From Spirochaetia bacterium (lineage in GTDB: Bacteria > Spirochaetota > Spirochaetia > SZUA-6 > Bin103), in the NCBI GenBank assembly GCA_965208575.1, contig CBDBOV010000004.1, forward strand, positions 1,088,001 through 1,152,000: 64,000 nt of DNA, given 5' to 3'. Every line of letters begins with the position of its first letter. The stretch's first letter is position 1. Shown here piece by piece: positions 30,640-39,197 of the stretch. The notes beneath the pieces are model-generated. The model made no database searches and was not told the DNA's origin. It was given only the letters and a program-made list of their open reading frames with translations. The position numbers were made by a program, and so were the translations under genes.

Positions 30640-30837
30640 CCCGGCACGCTCGTGCCCTGTTACGCGCGCCGGCAGTTGCGGTGACGCGGACCGGCGAACA
30701 CGCCCGCCACGGCGCCGAACGGGGAGCACTCTCGATCGTTGCCGCCGAACCGATCGGTCTCGACCCGGCTCCCTGAACCAGGCCGATCGCCGCACCAGGC
30801 GCACGGTGGCTGTCACCACCCTGCGCTGGCGAGCCGG

Positions 30838-31173
30838 CTACGACGGTAGCGCCTGGGCCTCGTGCACTTCGATCTCGCAGCCGTCCTCCCAATCCAGGTG
30901 GGGATGGCCCTGCAGCAGCGCGTGCGCCGCTTCCGCGTTCTCTGCCTGCAGAATCGAGTACCCGACCACCTCCTTGTCGCTCGGCGAGCTGCCCGCAGGG
31001 GTGATCTTGCGGCCCACGCCCAGCGGGGCTCCGAGATCCACCAGCCCCTCCCCGCAGCGCTCGGCCCACTTCATCCACGGCTCCATGCCCGCCTTCATCT
31101 GTTCGGGCGTGGCGTCCTTCATCTTTTCGAACGCCGCCGGCGGCGCGTGGTAGATAACGAGATACTTCTTCAT
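30838..31173 (-). CDS. YCII-related protein
   Basis: LVDLGAPL, VVGYSILQAE, HPHL...IEVHE; AGGAG RBS. Confidence 0.8.
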   Translation of the reverse strand: MKKYLVIYHAPPAAFEKMKDATPEQMKAGMEPWMKWAERCGEGLVDLGAPLGVGRKITPAGSSPSDKEVVGYSILQAENAEAAHALLQGHPHLDWEDGCEIEVHEAQALPS

Positions 31174-31485
31174 CAGGTGCTCCTCAAATCGCGAATACGG
31201 CCGGCGACGCCAACCATGGCCGCAATGTGCGCTTGGTTGACCGAGCGGTCAAGTACCGTCCAGCAAGCATCAGAAAGTCATGGATCGGCGAGCCGCGGCT
31301 CGCAGGGGTGCCCGTGCTTCGCGATCGCGCGGGCGGTGACGAGTAGCGTCGATCCGGCTACCATGCGGCTCCGTAAGCGAGCTGGACAGGATGGCGGCGC
31401 CGCCGGCGACCACGGCCGGCGATTGAATCGAGATACACCCGGCGGCCCGTGGGGAAGCCGGCCCATAGCGGAACAAGGAGGAAGC

Positions 31486-32538
31486 GTGGCGAAGGCGATT
31501 CGGTTTGCAGTGGTGGGACTGGGCAAGGGCAAGGGGCGCTCGGAGGTGTGCCGGCAGACGCCGGGCGCGGAGCTGGCGGCGGTGTGCGACCTATCGGAGG
31601 AGCGCGGGCGGGAGGCGGAGCGCGCCTGGGGGGTGCCGTGGGTTGCCAGCTACGATGAACTGCTCGCCCGCGGCGACGTGGACGCGGTCGGCCTGTGGAC
31701 GCCGAGCGGCTCGCATGCCGGCATGGCGGTACAGGCACTGCGCGCCGGCAAGCACGTGTGCATGACCAAGCCGATGGACATCAGCACCGCGGCGTGCGAC
31801 GCGGCGATCCACGAGGCGGAGTCGCGCGGGCTGCTGCTGGCGGTCGACTTCGAGCAGCGCTTCCGGCCGCACAATCAGCGCGTCAAGGCCGCGCTCGACG
31901 CCGGCGCGATCGGCGCCCTGCTGATCGCCGACCTGCGCATGAAGTGGTACCGGGCGCAGTCCTACTACGACTCCGGCGATCCGGTGAGCTGGCGCAGCCG
32001 GCTCGATACCGAGGGCGGCTCGCTGGCCAACCAGGCGGTGCACTTCCTCGACCTGATGCTGTGGTGGGCGGGCGATCCGGAGCGCGTCGCCGGCCGGCGC
32101 GGCACCTACGGCCACGACATTCAGACCGAGGACGGCGCGGCCGCGGTGATCCAGTTCAAGAGCGGCGCAGTCGGCTCGGTGCTCACCACCACCTGCAGCT
32201 TCCCACACATCGGCTCGGCGCTGACCATGAGCGGCCGCTGGGGCACGCTCACGTGGAACGACAGCGACGGCGTGGTCGACTTCCGGCACCTTCCGGAGGG
32301 GCAGCGCAGCGGCGCCGACGCGTGCCGCGGGGAGGCGGGGCCGACGGCGCAGCCGGGCGACCTGAACGGCTTCCCGGATCCGCCTGCAGTGCCGGACAAC
32401 ATCTTCGCCGACATGGTAAGTGCGTTGCACCGCGGTACCGGCCTGCAGTGCGACGGCCGCGAGGGGCGCCGCACCGTGGCGCTGTTCGAGGCCGTTTACG
32501 CCGCCTCAGACCACGACGCCTGGGTGGAGGTATCCTGA
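31486..32538 (+). CDS. Gfo/Idh/MocA oxidoreductase
   Basis: AVVGLG, GKHVCMTKP, GGSLANQAVHFLD; AAGGAGG RBS with GTG start. Confidence 0.9.
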   Translation: MAKAIRFAVVGLGKGKGRSEVCRQTPGAELAAVCDLSEERGREAERAWGVPWVASYDELLARGDVDAVGLWTPSGSHAGMAVQALRAGKHVCMTKPMDISTAACDAAIHEAESRGLLLAVDFEQRFRPHNQRVKAALDAGAIGALLIADLRMKWYRAQSYYDSGDPVSWRSRLDTEGGSLANQAVHFLDLMLWWAGDPERVAGRRGTYGHDIQTEDGAAAVIQFKSGAVGSVLTTTCSFPHIGSALTMSGRWGTLTWNDSDGVVDFRHLPEGQRSGADACRGEAGPTAQPGDLNGFPDPPAVPDNIFADMVSALHRGTGLQCDGREGRRTVALFEAVYAASDHDAWVEVS

Positions 32539-32542
32539 GACC

Positions 32543-34345
32543 ATGGCCACAACGATTACCACGATCCCGGAACGCAGCCAGATCACCACCGCCGACCGCT
32601 GGGATCTCGGCAGGCTGTACCCGGCCGAGGACTCCTGGGAGCAGGGCCTGAAGGAGTACCAGGAGATGGTGCCGCGCATCGCCGCCTTCAAGGGCACGCT
32701 CGCCGAGTCGGCGGCCAACCTGCGCGCCTGCCTGGTGTTCCTGAACGAGCTGGAGATGCTCGATGAGCGGGTCGGTTACTACGCCATGCTGCGCACCAGC
32801 GAAGATGCCGGCGACAGCGACAACCAGGGCCGCTTCGCGCGCTACCTGAACGTCGCCAGCCGCGCCGAGGCCGAAAAGAGCTACATCACGCCCGAAATCC
32901 AGGCGATCCCGGACGCCGTCATGGAGCAATTCCTGGCCGACGAGACGCTGGCCGAGTTCGCCATCTCGCTGCGCAAGCTGCTGCGCTTCAAGCCGCACGT
33001 CCTGCCCGCGGAGCAGGAGCGGCTGCTGGCGCTGCAGATCGAGGCCAACCAGACGGCGCGCAAGGCGTTCGCGGCGCTCACCGACGTCGACCTGGACTTC
33101 GGCACCGTGGACACGCCCGACGGACCGGTCGCGCTCAGCCAGTCGTCCTGGTCGCAGCTCATGATCCACCCCGACCGCGACCTGCGGCGGCGCGCCTACC
33201 TGCAGTTCTACGGCCACTTCGACCAGCACCGCAACACCCTCGCGGCGCTGTACGGCGGCAGCGTGCAGTTGGACATCTACCGCGCCCGCGCGCGCGGCTA
33301 TGCGTCGGCGCGCGAGGCGGCGCTGTTCCCGGACCGGGTCGAAGCCGCGGTGTACGACAATCTTGTCGCGACCGTGCACGACAACCTGCCCCAACTGCAC
33401 GCCTACTACGGCCTGCGCCGGCGTATCCTCGCGGTCGACGAGTTGCGCCACTACGACGTGTACGTGCCGCTGACCGGCGACGTGCGCGTGCGCCACACCT
33501 ACGACCAGGCGGTGGACGTGGTGATCGACGCCCTCGCTCCCCTTGGCGACCACTACCGCACCACCCTGCGCGCCGGCCTCCTCGGCGGCTGGGTGGACCG
33601 CTACGAGAACAAGGGCAAGCGCTCCGGCGCGTTCTCCTCCGGCTCGTTCGTCGGCGATCCCTACATCCTCATGAACTACAAGGAAGACGTGCTGCGCGAC
33701 GTGTTCACCCTCGCCCACGAGGCGGGCCACTCCATGCACTCCTGGAACAGCGTGCGCCACAACCCGATCCAGCACTACAGCTACACCATCTTCGAGGCGG
33801 AGGTCGCGTCCACCTTCAACGAGCAACTGCTGTTTCACTACCTGATGGAGCGCGCGGAGAGCCGGGAGATGCAGGCGTACCTGATCGGCAAGCAGGTGGA
33901 CGACATTATCGCCACCATCTACCGGCAGACCATGTTCGCGGAGTTCGAGCACCTGACCCACCGCATGGCCGAGCAGGGTGAACCGCTCACCGTCGACTCC
34001 CTGCGCGCCGCCTACCGGCAACTGCTGGAGCGCTACTTCGGTGCCGAGATGGTGCTGGAGGATCTCAGCGACCTGGAGGGGCTGCGCATACCGCACTTCT
34101 ACAACGCCTTCTACGTGTACAAGTACGCCACCGGCCTGGCCGCCGCGGTCGCCCTGGCAGAACGCGTGCTCGCCGGCGGCGCCGCCGAATGCGAGCAGTA
34201 CATGGGGTTTCTGCGCTCGGGCGGATCGCGCTACCCGCTGGAGTCGCTGCGGCTCGCCGGTGTCGACATGAGCAGCCCGGCGCCGATCGAGCAGGCGCTG
34301 CGCGTGTTCGGCAGCCTGGTCGAGCAACTGGAACAACTCCAGTAA
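32543..34345 (+). CDS. pepF: Oligoendopeptidase F
   Basis: GKRSGAFS, TLAHEAGHSMH, EVASTFNE, RIPHFY, YVYKYATG. Confidence 0.95.
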   Translation: MATTITTIPERSQITTADRWDLGRLYPAEDSWEQGLKEYQEMVPRIAAFKGTLAESAANLRACLVFLNELEMLDERVGYYAMLRTSEDAGDSDNQGRFARYLNVASRAEAEKSYITPEIQAIPDAVMEQFLADETLAEFAISLRKLLRFKPHVLPAEQERLLALQIEANQTARKAFAALTDVDLDFGTVDTPDGPVALSQSSWSQLMIHPDRDLRRRAYLQFYGHFDQHRNTLAALYGGSVQLDIYRARARGYASAREAALFPDRVEAAVYDNLVATVHDNLPQLHAYYGLRRRILAVDELRHYDVYVPLTGDVRVRHTYDQAVDVVIDALAPLGDHYRTTLRAGLLGGWVDRYENKGKRSGAFSSGSFVGDPYILMNYKEDVLRDVFTLAHEAGHSMHSWNSVRHNPIQHYSYTIFEAEVASTFNEQLLFHYLMERAESREMQAYLIGKQVDDIIATIYRQTMFAEFEHLTHRMAEQGEPLTVDSLRAAYRQLLERYFGAEMVLEDLSDLEGLRIPHFYNAFYVYKYATGLAAAVALAERVLAGGAAECEQYMGFLRSGGSRYPLESLRLAGVDMSSPAPIEQALRVFGSLVEQLEQLQ

Positions 34346-34632
34346 CGGCGCGGCCGCGCGTCGGCTCGCGGCGCGGCGTGCGCGTGCCGTGGCGGTGTCC
34401 GCCCCGTATCGATGCATCGAGCGGCGGCGCGTCGCCCACGCCGGCCCCGGTCGCGCCCGGCTTGCGGTGGCCTTCCGCACCGACCACGGCCCGGCGTCGG
34501 CGCCGCGCGGCCCGTGCAGGCGCCCGGATGCGGCCCGCGCCGCGGTGGGCGGCCGCCGCGGTGTCGGTACGGTGCGCGCGGGCGCTCGACGGTGCGGTCG
34601 ACCACCTGGAGGTCCGCTATCGCCGCGCTCGG

Positions 34633-36138
34633 TTACGGCGCCCGGAACCCGGCGTCGGCGAGCACACTTTCGATGTCCAGGGCATGCTCCAGGCAGCAGG
34701 AGAGGTCATCGAGCGCCTCCTCGACCCTACGCTCGTATGCCGTCGCCGCCGCGGTTCCGGCGCGGATGCCGTCGAGCCACCGCGCACGATATGCATCGCA
34801 GGCAAACAAGCCGTGCACGTAACAGCCCGCCACGAGCCCGTCGCGGCTTGCTGCGCCGTCCGGGCCGTGGGGCAGATGCACCACCGGCCGCTCGGTGTCC
34901 GGACCCGTGGTCGCTCCGAGGTGGATCTCGTACCCGCTCATCGGCGACCCGGTGCGCGCACACGTACCGGACACCGGGCGGACCGCCTTGTCGCCCGTCA
35001 TCACCGTCTCCACGTCGAGCAGCCCCAGCCCGGCGGCCTCGCCCGGCAAGCCATCGGCGCCCGCCGGGTCGCGAATTACCCTTCCGAGCATCTGGTAACC
35101 GCCGCACACGCCGAACACGCGCCCCCCGGAGCGGGCATGCGCGATCAGGTCATGGTGCCAGCCCTGCGCACGCAGGAACACCAAGTCGCCGAGCGTCGAC
35201 TTGGTGCCGGGCAGGATCACCACGTCCGCGTCGCGTGGCAGCACCGAACCCGGCGCGATGAACGAGAACTCCACTCCCGGCTCCGCGCGCAGCGGGTCGA
35301 AATCGTCGAAGTTGGCGATCCGCGACAACAGCGGCACCACCACGCGCACCCGCCCGCTTCCGCGCCCGGCACTCCCGGCGCCGCCGCCGCCGACCGGTTC
35401 CTCGGGCTGTTGCAGCACCACGGCATCCTCCTGCGGCAGGCGCAGGGCCGCCGCCGACCAGGGAATGACGCCGCGGCACGGCCAGCCGGTACGCCGCTCG
35501 ATGTCGCGCACGCCCGCCTCGAACAGCGCCGGGTCGCCGCGAAACTTGTTGACCGCGAAGCTGACGATCATGCTGCGGTCCTCCGGCTCCAGCACCGCCC
35601 CCGTACCGACCACCGCGGCGATCACCCCGCCGCGGTCGATGTCGCCGAGCAGGCACACCGGCACCCCCGCCCGGCGCGCGAACCCCATGTTGGCGACGTC
35701 GCCGGCGCGCAGGTTGGTCTCGGCGGGGCTGCCCGCACCCTCCACCAGTATCAGATCGAACCGCTCCGCCAGGCGCTCGAAGCTGGCCATGACGGGTGCC
35801 AGCAGCGAGCCGCGCTCGGCCATGTAGCGCGCGGCGTCCACGGTGGACACCGCGCGCCCCTGCACCACCAACTGGGAGGCGCGGTCGGTCTGCGGCTTGA
35901 GCAGCACCGGGTTCATGTCCACCTCCGGCTCAAGCCCGGCCGCGCGCGCCTGCAGTGCCTGCGCGCGCCCGATTTCGCCTCCTCCCGAGCACGCGGCCGC
36001 GTTGTTCGACATGTTCTGCGGCTTGAACGGCGCCACCGCGATGCCCCGCCGCCGCAGCAGCCGGCAAAGCCCGGCCACCACCGCCGACTTGCCGACGTCG
36101 GACCCGGTCCCCTGTACCATGAGCGCGGCCCGCTTCAT
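34633..36138 (-). CDS. cobQ: Cobyric acid synthase
   Basis: QGTGSDVGKS, FKPQNMSNN, EGAGSPAE, IDRGG, GVCGGYQMLG, GYEIH. Confidence 0.96.
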   Translation of the reverse strand: MKRAALMVQGTGSDVGKSAVVAGLCRLLRRRGIAVAPFKPQNMSNNAAACSGGGEIGRAQALQARAAGLEPEVDMNPVLLKPQTDRASQLVVQGRAVSTVDAARYMAERGSLLAPVMASFERLAERFDLILVEGAGSPAETNLRAGDVANMGFARRAGVPVCLLGDIDRGGVIAAVVGTGAVLEPEDRSMIVSFAVNKFRGDPALFEAGVRDIERRTGWPCRGVIPWSAAALRLPQEDAVVLQQPEEPVGGGGAGSAGRGSGRVRVVVPLLSRIANFDDFDPLRAEPGVEFSFIAPGSVLPRDADVVILPGTKSTLGDLVFLRAQGWHHDLIAHARSGGRVFGVCGGYQMLGRVIRDPAGADGLPGEAAGLGLLDVETVMTGDKAVRPVSGTCARTGSPMSGYEIHLGATTGPDTERPVVHLPHGPDGAASRDGLVAGCYVHGLFACDAYRARWLDGIRAGTAAATAYERRVEEALDDLSCCLEHALDIESVLADAGFRAP

Positions 36139-36227
36139 CGCCTGCTATCCTTCCCGGCCGTTTCGCCGGCGCACCGCCACGCGCGGGTCACCGTACGCGC
36201 CATCCCGGGGCAGGTTCGGGCTTGCGT

Positions 36228-37874
36228 TCAACTCCGCTCCGGCGCGCCGGCATCCGCGGCACGCTCGTTCACCAGCCGGTACGCGATGTGGCGGGCAGCC
36301 TCACGGCTCGCGGCGATTCTCTCCTCCGCCACGTCGCCGAGCACGCCAAGTGCGTCCAGCGTCTCGGCGACCGCCCCGGACAGGTTCGCGATGACCACCT
36401 CAGTGTTCTCGTTGGTGGCGATCTCGATGAGCTGGTGGATCAGCATGGCGGCACTGTCATCGATGTAGGTGGCCTCGGCGAAGTCGAAGATTACCGCCTG
36501 GTGGTCCTTGATGTCCTCGCTGATCACCCCGACCAGCTTGTGCGACGAGGCGACCGTGAAACTGCCGCGCAACGCCACCAGGCCGACCCGCGCCGAGAAC
36601 GGGTCGGCTGCGCCGCCGCCCTGTTCGGGCAGGAACGCCATGTCGAGCAGGGGCACCGACACGACGCTGTCGAGCTCCAGGCGCTCCAACTGCCGCGCAT
36701 GCGCCATCCCCGCCGCGATCAACCCGATCGCCACCGCCGTCACCAGGTCGACGAACACCGTCAGGCCGAGCGTCAGCAACATCACGAACAGATGCTCGCG
36801 CCGCATCCGGTGTACGCGGGCGAGCATCCTCCAGTCGACAATGTCCCATCCCACCTTCATCAGGATGCCGGCCAGCACCGCGTGCGGTATCGGTTCCACG
36901 AATCGCCCCAGCCCCAGCAACAGGGCCAGCACCACCACCGCGCGCAGTGCCCCCGATACCTGCGTCGTTCCGCCGGCGCGGATGTTGATCACCGTTCCCA
37001 TGGTGGCGCCGGCGCCCGGCACGCCGCCGATCAACCCGGCCATCACGTTGCCGATGCCCTGGCCGATCAACTCGCGGTCGGCATTGTGGCGGGTGCCGGT
37101 GAGCGAGTCCGCCACCAGCGAGGTAAGCAGGCTGTCGACCGACCCGAGCAGCGCCAGTATGAGGGCCGGCTGGATGGCGCTCACCAGAAAGGGAATCGAG
37201 GGCAGTCCGAGTTGCAATTGCGGCAGCCCGGTGGGTACGGGCCCGATCACCGGCACGTCTCGCAGCGCGAGCACGCTGAGCAGCGTGCCGACGATCAGGG
37301 CCACCAGCGGGCCGGGCATGAACTTCGTCCACCTGCGCGGCCACAGCACGCCGACGAGAAGCGTCGCCAGGGCGATGGCGAAGGCGTTGAGGTTGGCATC
37401 GGCCAGCGCGTCAGGCAGCGCGCGAATCGCGCCCACGGGTCCTCCCAGCGCCGTGGGCGCGCCCAGAAACGGCAGCGTCTGTATCAGCATGACGATGACG
37501 CCGATGCCGGACATGAATCCTGACACCACCACGTGCGGCGTATACGCCACGAAGCGCCCGAACCGCAGCACCCCCAGCAGCACCTGCAGCAACCCGCCCA
37601 GCATGACCACCGTGAGCGCCTCGGACAGGTTGGAGGAGTGGCTGGTGATGATCACGGCCATCGCCACCGCCATCGGCGCCGTGGGCCCGGAAATCTGCGA
37701 GCGCGTGCCGCCGAACACCGCGGCGAAGAACCCCACCGCGATGGCGCCATACAGGCCGGCGGCCGCACCCAGGCCGGAGGCCACCCCGAATGCCAGCGAC
37801 ACCGGCAGCGCCACCACCGCCGACGTGAGCCCGCCGAAGATGTCGCCGCGCAGCTTGTCAAGACTGTACTTCAT
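36228..37874 (-). CDS. SulP-family anion transporter with STAS domain
   Basis: GDIFGG...ALPVSLAFG, SGPTAP, DSLLT, QGIGN, C-terminal STAS. Confidence 0.93.
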   Translation of the reverse strand: MKYSLDKLRGDIFGGLTSAVVALPVSLAFGVASGLGAAAGLYGAIAVGFFAAVFGGTRSQISGPTAPMAVAMAVIITSHSSNLSEALTVVMLGGLLQVLLGVLRFGRFVAYTPHVVVSGFMSGIGVIVMLIQTLPFLGAPTALGGPVGAIRALPDALADANLNAFAIALATLLVGVLWPRRWTKFMPGPLVALIVGTLLSVLALRDVPVIGPVPTGLPQLQLGLPSIPFLVSAIQPALILALLGSVDSLLTSLVADSLTGTRHNADRELIGQGIGNVMAGLIGGVPGAGATMGTVINIRAGGTTQVSGALRAVVVLALLLGLGRFVEPIPHAVLAGILMKVGWDIVDWRMLARVHRMRREHLFVMLLTLGLTVFVDLVTAVAIGLIAAGMAHARQLERLELDSVVSVPLLDMAFLPEQGGGAADPFSARVGLVALRGSFTVASSHKLVGVISEDIKDHQAVIFDFAEATYIDDSAAMLIHQLIEIATNENTEVVIANLSGAVAETLDALGVLGDVAEERIAASREAARHIAYRLVNERAADAGAPERS

Positions 37875-38108
37875 CCGTATGCGCCCTCAAACCGAATATC
37901 CTTTCCGTCATCACGGAGCCAAGCGTACGCCCACACCAACCATCCGACAAATGCCCCCCATGCTGCACCGGCGACCCGGCACCCATCAGTACGTTTCGCG
38001 CAGGAAGGCAAGACGGTCGCGGATCGACACGCGATGTCGTGGAAGCGGCTCCGTCGAGACGCTGGCGGGGGACTATCGGATGAACTCTCGCGGTATCGGC
38101 CGGTGCGG

Positions 38109-38690
38109 CTAGCCGCCGAACGTTCGCGGCCTGAAGTCTTCGGCGTTGGTGATACTCGCGCTGCTGCCGGTCGCCCTGATCACGTACAGCCCGCGCGGCT
38201 CCGCGTACACCTCCGCCGACTCGTCCGCGCGCAGGTACGCCACCGCCCCGTATACCCGCTTGCCCCGGTACCCCGACGGCGCCTCGGACGGAAACACCTT
38301 CAGCGTCTCGATGAAGCGATCGACCTGACTCGCCTTGAGCGTGGTCTTCACTTCCACCACCACCACCTCGTCACCGCCGGCGGCGATGATGTCGATCTCC
38401 CAGCGCGGTGCGCCGTTCCTGCTCTTGAGGCCGCACACCGTGTGGTCGACCTCGATGCCGCGCCGGCTGAGCAACTCGATCAGGTCGCCTTCGACGAGAG
38501 CCTCCACCAGCTTGCTCCACTGACCGTTGAACAGATCCTCCAGCCGGCGCAGTTTACGGTCGGTCTCCTTCATCTGCCGGTCGGTCTCCTGCATGCGGCG
38601 GTCGGTCTCGCGCTGGCTCGCCGAGACTTCACGCAGGATGTTCCAGATCTCCTGCGGGGTTGCGGGCTCCTGCCGTGCGGTGTCAGCCAT
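38109..38690 (-). CDS. Coiled-coil plus PD-(D/E)XK nuclease-fold protein (DUF3782-like)
   Basis: ETDRRMQ/ETDRQMK/ETDRKLR heptads; EIDI...VVEVK. Confidence 0.78.
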   Translation of the reverse strand: MADTARQEPATPQEIWNILREVSASQRETDRRMQETDRQMKETDRKLRRLEDLFNGQWSKLVEALVEGDLIELLSRRGIEVDHTVCGLKSRNGAPRWEIDIIAAGGDEVVVVEVKTTLKASQVDRFIETLKVFPSEAPSGYRGKRVYGAVAYLRADESAEVYAEPRGLYVIRATGSSASITNAEDFRPRTFGG

Positions 38691-38789
38691 TGGATCTTCT
38701 CGTAGCCGAAACATACCCTGCCGGCGTGCCACTGCCAACGCCGACACAACCAACAAGCAAGCGCCAAAACGCGCGCACCCGACCGGGGC

Positions 38790-38892
38790 GACTCAACGAG
38801 GCCGGGACCAATGGTCCCGGAAGGGGTCGGTGTGATACACGATCTCGCCTACGGCGTAGTCGCTTCAAGAAGGCCGCCGTGGAGGCGGTTGA
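38790..38892 (-). ncRNA. Cryptic CRISPR-like mini-array (pseudo-repeat, 37-nt spacer, pseudo-repeat); candidate cas-regulating RNA
   Basis: 38862-38892 GCTTCAAGAAGGCCGCCG-TGGA-GGCGG (16/18 to the array repeat start); 38790-38824 GACTCAACGAGGCCGGGACCAATGGTCCCGGAA (12/15 plus hairpin); spacer matches 38927-38940. Confidence 0.85.
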
Positions 38893-38900
38893 ATCTGTGC

Positions 38901-38930
38901 TTGACCTATCCACGTAATCAAGCTTAGACT
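38901..38930 (+). promoter_or_regulatory. Predicted sigma70 promoter of the cas3 operon
   Basis: TTGACC-18 nt-TAGACT in an AT-rich patch. Confidence 0.7.
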
Positions 38931-38940
38931 ATGCCGTAGG
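38924..38940 (+). promoter_or_regulatory. PAM (TTA) plus partial protospacer for the mini-array spacer
   Basis: TTA-GACTATGCCGTAGG versus spacer 5' end GACTACGCCGTAGG. Confidence 0.8.
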
Positions 38941-38957
38941 TAAAGGGCTATGGTCAA
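38928..38957 (-). promoter_or_regulatory. Predicted promoter of the mini-array
   Basis: Minus strand TTGACC-18 nt-CATAGT; the -10 is weak. Confidence 0.45.
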
Positions 38958-39197
38958 GGCAGAGCTGATTGTCAAAAGCACCGTGACTCGCCAGCGCTCG
39001 TTACGAGCAGCGGCCGGCTCATGGCACGTCGCCGCCGTGGAGGAACGCATGCGCACGCGGTGTGTGCACATAATATTCCACGACGGTGGGAAGTGGGAGT
39101 CGCCCGGTCCGCCCGATCGTGATCAACCTGGTGTCGACGCCGGCCAACCGCTGACAAGCGATGCGCCCGATCAGATTCCGGGTGCCGAGTCGCCACG

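Noticed and set aside
36138-36230. Cobalamin riboswitch upstream of cobQ
   Set aside because: The gap is under 100 bp and has no B12-box motif
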